A stretch of DNA of 64,000 nt from Naegleria gruberi (lineage: Eukaryota): the NCBI GenBank assembly GCA_000004985.1, contig GG738911.1, one strand, 5' to 3'. A model generated the notes under the pieces. It searched no databases and was not told where the DNA came from. It worked only from the letters and a program-made list of their open reading frames with translations. Both the position numbers and the translations under genes were made by a program. Below are positions 1-12,800 of the stretch, piece by piece; positions within the stretch are counted from its first letter, which is position 1, and every line of letters starts with the position of its first letter.

Positions 1-333
1 CCAAACCCAAACCCAAACCCAAACCCAAACCCAAACCCAAACCCAAACCCAAACCCAAACCCAAACCCAAACCCAAACCCAAACCCAAACCCAAACCCAA
101 ACCCAAACCCAAACCCAAACCCAAACCCAAACCCAAACCCAAACCCAAACCCAAACCCAAACCCAAACCCAAACCCAAACCCAAACCCAAACCCAACCCA
201 AACCCAAACCCAAACCCAAACCCAAACCCAAACCCAAACCCAAACCCAAACCCAAACCCAAACCCAAACCCAAACCCAAACCCAAACCCAAACCCAAACC
301 CAAACCCAAACCCAAACCCAAACCCAAACCCAG
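1..333. repeat. Terminal telomeric tract of about 55 CCCAAA units (G-strand TTTGGG), with occasional CCCAA variants; C-rich strand on top, so this is a left chromosome end.
   Basis: Perfect hexamer periodicity is visible from position 1. The tract abuts unique AT-rich subtelomeric sequence at 334. Confidence 0.9.
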
Positions 334-810
334 AACTAAAAATAGAATTCTTCTAAACCCAACGTTCAAACCCTAGCCCAAAATTATAAACTTATTCAAA
401 TAGTATTAAATTTTATATCATTCGATTGGAAATGATGAGTATAACAATGTGTTATATTTAGTTTTTCAATTTATAAAATATTAACTTTGTAAATAATGTC
501 AGATTACAATTTCATAAATGAAACCATAGGAAGAATAATAATTTCAAAATCCTTTAATGAGATTATATAGTCTATATCATCGTTAACAACATTCATAATC
601 ATCAAAAGTTCATGTCGGTAGGTATAAAAGTATCAAGTGAAAGGGAAGTTGTGAGGTACAATAGGTCAACTATAACTTTTGAGTTTCTAATCAAAACATA
701 TTAAATCCTGACATGAAAATGTTCCATTTGATTAGTAAACAACGAATATCAAATTTATTTTCACTTTCATATTTAAAGATTTCTTCCACCATCATATGGT
801 CAACTATGAT

Positions 811-3800
811 NNNNNNNNNNNNNNNNNNNNNNNNNNNNNNNNNNNNNNNNNNNNNNNNNNNNNNNNNNNNNNNNNNNNNNNNNNNNNNNNNNNNNNNNNN
901 NNNNNNNNNNNNNNNNNNNNNNNNNNNNNNNNNNNNNNNNNNNNNNNNNNNNNNNNNNNNNNNNNNNNNNNNNNNNNNNNNNNNNNNNNNNNNNNNNNNN
1001 NNNNNNNNNNNNNNNNNNNNNNNNNNNNNNNNNNNNNNNNNNNNNNNNNNNNNNNNNNNNNNNNNNNNNNNNNNNNNNNNNNNNNNNNNNNNNNNNNNNN
1101 NNNNNNNNNNNNNNNNNNNNNNNNNNNNNNNNNNNNNNNNNNNNNNNNNNNNNNNNNNNNNNNNNNNNNNNNNNNNNNNNNNNNNNNNNNNNNNNNNNNN
1201 NNNNNNNNNNNNNNNNNNNNNNNNNNNNNNNNNNNNNNNNNNNNNNNNNNNNNNNNNNNNNNNNNNNNNNNNNNNNNNNNNNNNNNNNNNNNNNNNNNNN
1301 NNNNNNNNNNNNNNNNNNNNNNNNNNNNNNNNNNNNNNNNNNNNNNNNNNNNNNNNNNNNNNNNNNNNNNNNNNNNNNNNNNNNNNNNNNNNNNNNNNNN
1401 NNNNNNNNNNNNNNNNNNNNNNNNNNNNNNNNNNNNNNNNNNNNNNNNNNNNNNNNNNNNNNNNNNNNNNNNNNNNNNNNNNNNNNNNNNNNNNNNNNNN
1501 NNNNNNNNNNNNNNNNNNNNNNNNNNNNNNNNNNNNNNNNNNNNNNNNNNNNNNNNNNNNNNNNNNNNNNNNNNNNNNNNNNNNNNNNNNNNNNNNNNNN
1601 NNNNNNNNNNNNNNNNNNNNNNNNNNNNNNNNNNNNNNNNNNNNNNNNNNNNNNNNNNNNNNNNNNNNNNNNNNNNNNNNNNNNNNNNNNNNNNNNNNNN
1701 NNNNNNNNNNNNNNNNNNNNNNNNNNNNNNNNNNNNNNNNNNNNNNNNNNNNNNNNNNNNNNNNNNNNNNNNNNNNNNNNNNNNNNNNNNNNNNNNNNNN
1801 NNNNNNNNNNNNNNNNNNNNNNNNNNNNNNNNNNNNNNNNNNNNNNNNNNNNNNNNNNNNNNNNNNNNNNNNNNNNNNNNNNNNNNNNNNNNNNNNNNNN
1901 NNNNNNNNNNNNNNNNNNNNNNNNNNNNNNNNNNNNNNNNNNNNNNNNNNNNNNNNNNNNNNNNNNNNNNNNNNNNNNNNNNNNNNNNNNNNNNNNNNNN
2001 NNNNNNNNNNNNNNNNNNNNNNNNNNNNNNNNNNNNNNNNNNNNNNNNNNNNNNNNNNNNNNNNNNNNNNNNNNNNNNNNNNNNNNNNNNNNNNNNNNNN
2101 NNNNNNNNNNNNNNNNNNNNNNNNNNNNNNNNNNNNNNNNNNNNNNNNNNNNNNNNNNNNNNNNNNNNNNNNNNNNNNNNNNNNNNNNNNNNNNNNNNNN
2201 NNNNNNNNNNNNNNNNNNNNNNNNNNNNNNNNNNNNNNNNNNNNNNNNNNNNNNNNNNNNNNNNNNNNNNNNNNNNNNNNNNNNNNNNNNNNNNNNNNNN
2301 NNNNNNNNNNNNNNNNNNNNNNNNNNNNNNNNNNNNNNNNNNNNNNNNNNNNNNNNNNNNNNNNNNNNNNNNNNNNNNNNNNNNNNNNNNNNNNNNNNNN
2401 NNNNNNNNNNNNNNNNNNNNNNNNNNNNNNNNNNNNNNNNNNNNNNNNNNNNNNNNNNNNNNNNNNNNNNNNNNNNNNNNNNNNNNNNNNNNNNNNNNNN
2501 NNNNNNNNNNNNNNNNNNNNNNNNNNNNNNNNNNNNNNNNNNNNNNNNNNNNNNNNNNNNNNNNNNNNNNNNNNNNNNNNNNNNNNNNNNNNNNNNNNNN
2601 NNNNNNNNNNNNNNNNNNNNNNNNNNNNNNNNNNNNNNNNNNNNNNNNNNNNNNNNNNNNNNNNNNNNNNNNNNNNNNNNNNNNNNNNNNNNNNNNNNNN
2701 NNNNNNNNNNNNNNNNNNNNNNNNNNNNNNNNNNNNNNNNNNNNNNNNNNNNNNNNNNNNNNNNNNNNNNNNNNNNNNNNNNNNNNNNNNNNNNNNNNNN
2801 NNNNNNNNNNNNNNNNNNNNNNNNNNNNNNNNNNNNNNNNNNNNNNNNNNNNNNNNNNNNNNNNNNNNNNNNNNNNNNNNNNNNNNNNNNNNNNNNNNNN
2901 NNNNNNNNNNNNNNNNNNNNNNNNNNNNNNNNNNNNNNNNNNNNNNNNNNNNNNNNNNNNNNNNNNNNNNNNNNNNNNNNNNNNNNNNNNNNNNNNNNNN
3001 NNNNNNNNNNNNNNNNNNNNNNNNNNNNNNNNNNNNNNNNNNNNNNNNNNNNNNNNNNNNNNNNNNNNNNNNNNNNNNNNNNNNNNNNNNNNNNNNNNNN
3101 NNNNNNNNNNNNNNNNNNNNNNNNNNNNNNNNNNNNNNNNNNNNNNNNNNNNNNNNNNNNNNNNNNNNNNNNNNNNNNNNNNNNNNNNNNNNNNNNNNNN
3201 NNNNNNNNNNNNNNNNNNNNNNNNNNNNNNNNNNNNNNNNNNNNNNNNNNNNNNNNNNNNNNNNNNNNNNNNNNNNNNNNNNNNNNNNNNNNNNNNNNNN
3301 NNNNNNNNNNNNNNNNNNNNNNNNNNNNNNNNNNNNNNNNNNNNNNNNNNNNNNNNNNNNNNNNNNNNNNNNNNNNNNNNNNNNNNNNNNNNNNNNNNNN
3401 NNNNNNNNNNNNNNNNNNNNNNNNNNNNNNNNNNNNNNNNNNNNNNNNNNNNNNNNNNNNNNNNNNNNNNNNNNNNNNNNNNNNNNNNNNNNNNNNNNNN
3501 NNNNNNNNNNNNNNNNNNNNNNNNNNNNNNNNNNNNNNNNNNNNNNNNNNNNNNNNNNNNNNNNNNNNNNNNNNNNNNNNNNNNNNNNNNNNNNNNNNNN
3601 NNNNNNNNNNNNNNNNNNNNNNNNNNNNNNNNNNNNNNNNNNNNNNNNNNNNNNNNNNNNNNNNNNNNNNNNNNNNNNNNNNNNNNNNNNNNNNNNNNNN
3701 NNNNNNNNNNNNNNNNNNNNNNNNNNNNNNNNNNNNNNNNNNNNNNNNNNNNNNNNNNNNNNNNNNNNNNNNNNNNNNNNNNNNNNNNNNNNNNNNNNNN

Positions 3801-6800
3801 NNNNNNNNNNNNNNNNNNNNNNNNNNNNNNNNNNNNNNNNNNNNNNNNNNNNNNNNNNNNNNNNNNNNNNNNNNNNNNNNNNNNNNNNNNNNNNNNNNNN
3901 NNNNNNNNNNNNNNNNNNNNNNNNNNNNNNNNNNNNNNNNNNNNNNNNNNNNNNNNNNNNNNNNNNNNNNNNNNNNNNNNNNNNNNNNNNNNNNNNNNNN
4001 NNNNNNNNNNNNNNNNNNNNNNNNNNNNNNNNNNNNNNNNNNNNNNNNNNNNNNNNNNNNNNNNNNNNNNNNNNNNNNNNNNNNNNNNNNNNNNNNNNNN
4101 NNNNNNNNNNNNNNNNNNNNNNNNNNNNNNNNNNNNNNNNNNNNNNNNNNNNNNNNNNNNNNNNNNNNNNNNNNNNNNNNNNNNNNNNNNNNNNNNNNNN
4201 NNNNNNNNNNNNNNNNNNNNNNNNNNNNNNNNNNNNNNNNNNNNNNNNNNNNNNNNNNNNNNNNNNNNNNNNNNNNNNNNNNNNNNNNNNNNNNNNNNNN
4301 NNNNNNNNNNNNNNNNNNNNNNNNNNNNNNNNNNNNNNNNNNNNNNNNNNNNNNNNNNNNNNNNNNNNNNNNNNNNNNNNNNNNNNNNNNNNNNNNNNNN
4401 NNNNNNNNNNNNNNNNNNNNNNNNNNNNNNNNNNNNNNNNNNNNNNNNNNNNNNNNNNNNNNNNNNNNNNNNNNNNNNNNNNNNNNNNNNNNNNNNNNNN
4501 NNNNNNNNNNNNNNNNNNNNNNNNNNNNNNNNNNNNNNNNNNNNNNNNNNNNNNNNNNNNNNNNNNNNNNNNNNNNNNNNNNNNNNNNNNNNNNNNNNNN
4601 NNNNNNNNNNNNNNNNNNNNNNNNNNNNNNNNNNNNNNNNNNNNNNNNNNNNNNNNNNNNNNNNNNNNNNNNNNNNNNNNNNNNNNNNNNNNNNNNNNNN
4701 NNNNNNNNNNNNNNNNNNNNNNNNNNNNNNNNNNNNNNNNNNNNNNNNNNNNNNNNNNNNNNNNNNNNNNNNNNNNNNNNNNNNNNNNNNNNNNNNNNNN
4801 NNNNNNNNNNNNNNNNNNNNNNNNNNNNNNNNNNNNNNNNNNNNNNNNNNNNNNNNNNNNNNNNNNNNNNNNNNNNNNNNNNNNNNNNNNNNNNNNNNNN
4901 NNNNNNNNNNNNNNNNNNNNNNNNNNNNNNNNNNNNNNNNNNNNNNNNNNNNNNNNNNNNNNNNNNNNNNNNNNNNNNNNNNNNNNNNNNNNNNNNNNNN
5001 NNNNNNNNNNNNNNNNNNNNNNNNNNNNNNNNNNNNNNNNNNNNNNNNNNNNNNNNNNNNNNNNNNNNNNNNNNNNNNNNNNNNNNNNNNNNNNNNNNNN
5101 NNNNNNNNNNNNNNNNNNNNNNNNNNNNNNNNNNNNNNNNNNNNNNNNNNNNNNNNNNNNNNNNNNNNNNNNNNNNNNNNNNNNNNNNNNNNNNNNNNNN
5201 NNNNNNNNNNNNNNNNNNNNNNNNNNNNNNNNNNNNNNNNNNNNNNNNNNNNNNNNNNNNNNNNNNNNNNNNNNNNNNNNNNNNNNNNNNNNNNNNNNNN
5301 NNNNNNNNNNNNNNNNNNNNNNNNNNNNNNNNNNNNNNNNNNNNNNNNNNNNNNNNNNNNNNNNNNNNNNNNNNNNNNNNNNNNNNNNNNNNNNNNNNNN
5401 NNNNNNNNNNNNNNNNNNNNNNNNNNNNNNNNNNNNNNNNNNNNNNNNNNNNNNNNNNNNNNNNNNNNNNNNNNNNNNNNNNNNNNNNNNNNNNNNNNNN
5501 NNNNNNNNNNNNNNNNNNNNNNNNNNNNNNNNNNNNNNNNNNNNNNNNNNNNNNNNNNNNNNNNNNNNNNNNNNNNNNNNNNNNNNNNNNNNNNNNNNNN
5601 NNNNNNNNNNNNNNNNNNNNNNNNNNNNNNNNNNNNNNNNNNNNNNNNNNNNNNNNNNNNNNNNNNNNNNNNNNNNNNNNNNNNNNNNNNNNNNNNNNNN
5701 NNNNNNNNNNNNNNNNNNNNNNNNNNNNNNNNNNNNNNNNNNNNNNNNNNNNNNNNNNNNNNNNNNNNNNNNNNNNNNNNNNNNNNNNNNNNNNNNNNNN
5801 NNNNNNNNNNNNNNNNNNNNNNNNNNNNNNNNNNNNNNNNNNNNNNNNNNNNNNNNNNNNNNNNNNNNNNNNNNNNNNNNNNNNNNNNNNNNNNNNNNNN
5901 NNNNNNNNNNNNNNNNNNNNNNNNNNNNNNNNNNNNNNNNNNNNNNNNNNNNNNNNNNNNNNNNNNNNNNNNNNNNNNNNNNNNNNNNNNNNNNNNNNNN
6001 NNNNNNNNNNNNNNNNNNNNNNNNNNNNNNNNNNNNNNNNNNNNNNNNNNNNNNNNNNNNNNNNNNNNNNNNNNNNNNNNNNNNNNNNNNNNNNNNNNNN
6101 NNNNNNNNNNNNNNNNNNNNNNNNNNNNNNNNNNNNNNNNNNNNNNNNNNNNNNNNNNNNNNNNNNNNNNNNNNNNNNNNNNNNNNNNNNNNNNNNNNNN
6201 NNNNNNNNNNNNNNNNNNNNNNNNNNNNNNNNNNNNNNNNNNNNNNNNNNNNNNNNNNNNNNNNNNNNNNNNNNNNNNNNNNNNNNNNNNNNNNNNNNNN
6301 NNNNNNNNNNNNNNNNNNNNNNNNNNNNNNNNNNNNNNNNNNNNNNNNNNNNNNNNNNNNNNNNNNNNNNNNNNNNNNNNNNNNNNNNNNNNNNNNNNNN
6401 NNNNNNNNNNNNNNNNNNNNNNNNNNNNNNNNNNNNNNNNNNNNNNNNNNNNNNNNNNNNNNNNNNNNNNNNNNNNNNNNNNNNNNNNNNNNNNNNNNNN
6501 NNNNNNNNNNNNNNNNNNNNNNNNNNNNNNNNNNNNNNNNNNNNNNNNNNNNNNNNNNNNNNNNNNNNNNNNNNNNNNNNNNNNNNNNNNNNNNNNNNNN
6601 NNNNNNNNNNNNNNNNNNNNNNNNNNNNNNNNNNNNNNNNNNNNNNNNNNNNNNNNNNNNNNNNNNNNNNNNNNNNNNNNNNNNNNNNNNNNNNNNNNNN
6701 NNNNNNNNNNNNNNNNNNNNNNNNNNNNNNNNNNNNNNNNNNNNNNNNNNNNNNNNNNNNNNNNNNNNNNNNNNNNNNNNNNNNNNNNNNNNNNNNNNNN

Positions 6801-9800
6801 NNNNNNNNNNNNNNNNNNNNNNNNNNNNNNNNNNNNNNNNNNNNNNNNNNNNNNNNNNNNNNNNNNNNNNNNNNNNNNNNNNNNNNNNNNNNNNNNNNNN
6901 NNNNNNNNNNNNNNNNNNNNNNNNNNNNNNNNNNNNNNNNNNNNNNNNNNNNNNNNNNNNNNNNNNNNNNNNNNNNNNNNNNNNNNNNNNNNNNNNNNNN
7001 NNNNNNNNNNNNNNNNNNNNNNNNNNNNNNNNNNNNNNNNNNNNNNNNNNNNNNNNNNNNNNNNNNNNNNNNNNNNNNNNNNNNNNNNNNNNNNNNNNNN
7101 NNNNNNNNNNNNNNNNNNNNNNNNNNNNNNNNNNNNNNNNNNNNNNNNNNNNNNNNNNNNNNNNNNNNNNNNNNNNNNNNNNNNNNNNNNNNNNNNNNNN
7201 NNNNNNNNNNNNNNNNNNNNNNNNNNNNNNNNNNNNNNNNNNNNNNNNNNNNNNNNNNNNNNNNNNNNNNNNNNNNNNNNNNNNNNNNNNNNNNNNNNNN
7301 NNNNNNNNNNNNNNNNNNNNNNNNNNNNNNNNNNNNNNNNNNNNNNNNNNNNNNNNNNNNNNNNNNNNNNNNNNNNNNNNNNNNNNNNNNNNNNNNNNNN
7401 NNNNNNNNNNNNNNNNNNNNNNNNNNNNNNNNNNNNNNNNNNNNNNNNNNNNNNNNNNNNNNNNNNNNNNNNNNNNNNNNNNNNNNNNNNNNNNNNNNNN
7501 NNNNNNNNNNNNNNNNNNNNNNNNNNNNNNNNNNNNNNNNNNNNNNNNNNNNNNNNNNNNNNNNNNNNNNNNNNNNNNNNNNNNNNNNNNNNNNNNNNNN
7601 NNNNNNNNNNNNNNNNNNNNNNNNNNNNNNNNNNNNNNNNNNNNNNNNNNNNNNNNNNNNNNNNNNNNNNNNNNNNNNNNNNNNNNNNNNNNNNNNNNNN
7701 NNNNNNNNNNNNNNNNNNNNNNNNNNNNNNNNNNNNNNNNNNNNNNNNNNNNNNNNNNNNNNNNNNNNNNNNNNNNNNNNNNNNNNNNNNNNNNNNNNNN
7801 NNNNNNNNNNNNNNNNNNNNNNNNNNNNNNNNNNNNNNNNNNNNNNNNNNNNNNNNNNNNNNNNNNNNNNNNNNNNNNNNNNNNNNNNNNNNNNNNNNNN
7901 NNNNNNNNNNNNNNNNNNNNNNNNNNNNNNNNNNNNNNNNNNNNNNNNNNNNNNNNNNNNNNNNNNNNNNNNNNNNNNNNNNNNNNNNNNNNNNNNNNNN
8001 NNNNNNNNNNNNNNNNNNNNNNNNNNNNNNNNNNNNNNNNNNNNNNNNNNNNNNNNNNNNNNNNNNNNNNNNNNNNNNNNNNNNNNNNNNNNNNNNNNNN
8101 NNNNNNNNNNNNNNNNNNNNNNNNNNNNNNNNNNNNNNNNNNNNNNNNNNNNNNNNNNNNNNNNNNNNNNNNNNNNNNNNNNNNNNNNNNNNNNNNNNNN
8201 NNNNNNNNNNNNNNNNNNNNNNNNNNNNNNNNNNNNNNNNNNNNNNNNNNNNNNNNNNNNNNNNNNNNNNNNNNNNNNNNNNNNNNNNNNNNNNNNNNNN
8301 NNNNNNNNNNNNNNNNNNNNNNNNNNNNNNNNNNNNNNNNNNNNNNNNNNNNNNNNNNNNNNNNNNNNNNNNNNNNNNNNNNNNNNNNNNNNNNNNNNNN
8401 NNNNNNNNNNNNNNNNNNNNNNNNNNNNNNNNNNNNNNNNNNNNNNNNNNNNNNNNNNNNNNNNNNNNNNNNNNNNNNNNNNNNNNNNNNNNNNNNNNNN
8501 NNNNNNNNNNNNNNNNNNNNNNNNNNNNNNNNNNNNNNNNNNNNNNNNNNNNNNNNNNNNNNNNNNNNNNNNNNNNNNNNNNNNNNNNNNNNNNNNNNNN
8601 NNNNNNNNNNNNNNNNNNNNNNNNNNNNNNNNNNNNNNNNNNNNNNNNNNNNNNNNNNNNNNNNNNNNNNNNNNNNNNNNNNNNNNNNNNNNNNNNNNNN
8701 NNNNNNNNNNNNNNNNNNNNNNNNNNNNNNNNNNNNNNNNNNNNNNNNNNNNNNNNNNNNNNNNNNNNNNNNNNNNNNNNNNNNNNNNNNNNNNNNNNNN
8801 NNNNNNNNNNNNNNNNNNNNNNNNNNNNNNNNNNNNNNNNNNNNNNNNNNNNNNNNNNNNNNNNNNNNNNNNNNNNNNNNNNNNNNNNNNNNNNNNNNNN
8901 NNNNNNNNNNNNNNNNNNNNNNNNNNNNNNNNNNNNNNNNNNNNNNNNNNNNNNNNNNNNNNNNNNNNNNNNNNNNNNNNNNNNNNNNNNNNNNNNNNNN
9001 NNNNNNNNNNNNNNNNNNNNNNNNNNNNNNNNNNNNNNNNNNNNNNNNNNNNNNNNNNNNNNNNNNNNNNNNNNNNNNNNNNNNNNNNNNNNNNNNNNNN
9101 NNNNNNNNNNNNNNNNNNNNNNNNNNNNNNNNNNNNNNNNNNNNNNNNNNNNNNNNNNNNNNNNNNNNNNNNNNNNNNNNNNNNNNNNNNNNNNNNNNNN
9201 NNNNNNNNNNNNNNNNNNNNNNNNNNNNNNNNNNNNNNNNNNNNNNNNNNNNNNNNNNNNNNNNNNNNNNNNNNNNNNNNNNNNNNNNNNNNNNNNNNNN
9301 NNNNNNNNNNNNNNNNNNNNNNNNNNNNNNNNNNNNNNNNNNNNNNNNNNNNNNNNNNNNNNNNNNNNNNNNNNNNNNNNNNNNNNNNNNNNNNNNNNNN
9401 NNNNNNNNNNNNNNNNNNNNNNNNNNNNNNNNNNNNNNNNNNNNNNNNNNNNNNNNNNNNNNNNNNNNNNNNNNNNNNNNNNNNNNNNNNNNNNNNNNNN
9501 NNNNNNNNNNNNNNNNNNNNNNNNNNNNNNNNNNNNNNNNNNNNNNNNNNNNNNNNNNNNNNNNNNNNNNNNNNNNNNNNNNNNNNNNNNNNNNNNNNNN
9601 NNNNNNNNNNNNNNNNNNNNNNNNNNNNNNNNNNNNNNNNNNNNNNNNNNNNNNNNNNNNNNNNNNNNNNNNNNNNNNNNNNNNNNNNNNNNNNNNNNNN
9701 NNNNNNNNNNNNNNNNNNNNNNNNNNNNNNNNNNNNNNNNNNNNNNNNNNNNNNNNNNNNNNNNNNNNNNNNNNNNNNNNNNNNNNNNNNNNNNNNNNNN

Positions 9801-12800
9801 NNNNNNNNNNNNNNNNNNNNNNNNNNNNNNNNNNNNNNNNNNNNNNNNNNNNNNNNNNNNNNNNNNNNNNNNNNNNNNNNNNNNNNNNNNNNNNNNNNNN
9901 NNNNNNNNNNNNNNNNNNNNNNNNNNNNNNNNNNNNNNNNNNNNNNNNNNNNNNNNNNNNNNNNNNNNNNNNNNNNNNNNNNNNNNNNNNNNNNNNNNNN
10001 NNNNNNNNNNNNNNNNNNNNNNNNNNNNNNNNNNNNNNNNNNNNNNNNNNNNNNNNNNNNNNNNNNNNNNNNNNNNNNNNNNNNNNNNNNNNNNNNNNNN
10101 NNNNNNNNNNNNNNNNNNNNNNNNNNNNNNNNNNNNNNNNNNNNNNNNNNNNNNNNNNNNNNNNNNNNNNNNNNNNNNNNNNNNNNNNNNNNNNNNNNNN
10201 NNNNNNNNNNNNNNNNNNNNNNNNNNNNNNNNNNNNNNNNNNNNNNNNNNNNNNNNNNNNNNNNNNNNNNNNNNNNNNNNNNNNNNNNNNNNNNNNNNNN
10301 NNNNNNNNNNNNNNNNNNNNNNNNNNNNNNNNNNNNNNNNNNNNNNNNNNNNNNNNNNNNNNNNNNNNNNNNNNNNNNNNNNNNNNNNNNNNNNNNNNNN
10401 NNNNNNNNNNNNNNNNNNNNNNNNNNNNNNNNNNNNNNNNNNNNNNNNNNNNNNNNNNNNNNNNNNNNNNNNNNNNNNNNNNNNNNNNNNNNNNNNNNNN
10501 NNNNNNNNNNNNNNNNNNNNNNNNNNNNNNNNNNNNNNNNNNNNNNNNNNNNNNNNNNNNNNNNNNNNNNNNNNNNNNNNNNNNNNNNNNNNNNNNNNNN
10601 NNNNNNNNNNNNNNNNNNNNNNNNNNNNNNNNNNNNNNNNNNNNNNNNNNNNNNNNNNNNNNNNNNNNNNNNNNNNNNNNNNNNNNNNNNNNNNNNNNNN
10701 NNNNNNNNNNNNNNNNNNNNNNNNNNNNNNNNNNNNNNNNNNNNNNNNNNNNNNNNNNNNNNNNNNNNNNNNNNNNNNNNNNNNNNNNNNNNNNNNNNNN
10801 NNNNNNNNNNNNNNNNNNNNNNNNNNNNNNNNNNNNNNNNNNNNNNNNNNNNNNNNNNNNNNNNNNNNNNNNNNNNNNNNNNNNNNNNNNNNNNNNNNNN
10901 NNNNNNNNNNNNNNNNNNNNNNNNNNNNNNNNNNNNNNNNNNNNNNNNNNNNNNNNNNNNNNNNNNNNNNNNNNNNNNNNNNNNNNNNNNNNNNNNNNNN
11001 NNNNNNNNNNNNNNNNNNNNNNNNNNNNNNNNNNNNNNNNNNNNNNNNNNNNNNNNNNNNNNNNNNNNNNNNNNNNNNNNNNNNNNNNNNNNNNNNNNNN
11101 NNNNNNNNNNNNNNNNNNNNNNNNNNNNNNNNNNNNNNNNNNNNNNNNNNNNNNNNNNNNNNNNNNNNNNNNNNNNNNNNNNNNNNNNNNNNNNNNNNNN
11201 NNNNNNNNNNNNNNNNNNNNNNNNNNNNNNNNNNNNNNNNNNNNNNNNNNNNNNNNNNNNNNNNNNNNNNNNNNNNNNNNNNNNNNNNNNNNNNNNNNNN
11301 NNNNNNNNNNNNNNNNNNNNNNNNNNNNNNNNNNNNNNNNNNNNNNNNNNNNNNNNNNNNNNNNNNNNNNNNNNNNNNNNNNNNNNNNNNNNNNNNNNNN
11401 NNNNNNNNNNNNNNNNNNNNNNNNNNNNNNNNNNNNNNNNNNNNNNNNNNNNNNNNNNNNNNNNNNNNNNNNNNNNNNNNNNNNNNNNNNNNNNNNNNNN
11501 NNNNNNNNNNNNNNNNNNNNNNNNNNNNNNNNNNNNNNNNNNNNNNNNNNNNNNNNNNNNNNNNNNNNNNNNNNNNNNNNNNNNNNNNNNNNNNNNNNNN
11601 NNNNNNNNNNNNNNNNNNNNNNNNNNNNNNNNNNNNNNNNNNNNNNNNNNNNNNNNNNNNNNNNNNNNNNNNNNNNNNNNNNNNNNNNNNNNNNNNNNNN
11701 NNNNNNNNNNNNNNNNNNNNNNNNNNNNNNNNNNNNNNNNNNNNNNNNNNNNNNNNNNNNNNNNNNNNNNNNNNNNNNNNNNNNNNNNNNNNNNNNNNNN
11801 NNNNNNNNNNNNNNNNNNNNNNNNNNNNNNNNNNNNNNNNNNNNNNNNNNNNNNNNNNNNNNNNNNNNNNNNNNNNNNNNNNNNNNNNNNNNNNNNNNNN
11901 NNNNNNNNNNNNNNNNNNNNNNNNNNNNNNNNNNNNNNNNNNNNNNNNNNNNNNNNNNNNNNNNNNNNNNNNNNNNNNNNNNNNNNNNNNNNNNNNNNNN
12001 NNNNNNNNNNNNNNNNNNNNNNNNNNNNNNNNNNNNNNNNNNNNNNNNNNNNNNNNNNNNNNNNNNNNNNNNNNNNNNNNNNNNNNNNNNNNNNNNNNNN
12101 NNNNNNNNNNNNNNNNNNNNNNNNNNNNNNNNNNNNNNNNNNNNNNNNNNNNNNNNNNNNNNNNNNNNNNNNNNNNNNNNNNNNNNNNNNNNNNNNNNNN
12201 NNNNNNNNNNNNNNNNNNNNNNNNNNNNNNNNNNNNNNNNNNNNNNNNNNNNNNNNNNNNNNNNNNNNNNNNNNNNNNNNNNNNNNNNNNNNNNNNNNNN
12301 NNNNNNNNNNNNNNNNNNNNNNNNNNNNNNNNNNNNNNNNNNNNNNNNNNNNNNNNNNNNNNNNNNNNNNNNNNNNNNNNNNNNNNNNNNNNNNNNNNNN
12401 NNNNNNNNNNNNNNNNNNNNNNNNNNNNNNNNNNNNNNNNNNNNNNNNNNNNNNNNNNNNNNNNNNNNNNNNNNNNNNNNNNNNNNNNNNNNNNNNNNNN
12501 NNNNNNNNNNNNNNNNNNNNNNNNNNNNNNNNNNNNNNNNNNNNNNNNNNNNNNNNNNNNNNNNNNNNNNNNNNNNNNNNNNNNNNNNNNNNNNNNNNNN
12601 NNNNNNNNNNNNNNNNNNNNNNNNNNNNNNNNNNNNNNNNNNNNNNNNNNNNNNNNNNNNNNNNNNNNNNNNNNNNNNNNNNNNNNNNNNNNNNNNNNNN
12701 NNNNNNNNNNNNNNNNNNNNNNNNNNNNNNNNNNNNNNNNNNNNNNNNNNNNNNNNNNNNNNNNNNNNNNNNNNNNNNNNNNNNNNNNNNNNNNNNNNNN

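Noticed and set aside
713-810. ATG-initiated ORF MKMFHLISKQRISNLFSLSYLKISSTIIWSTM running into the 24-kb gap.
   Set aside because: Only 98 nt of sequence lie before the gap, in AT-rich subtelomeric DNA. This is insufficient to call a gene.
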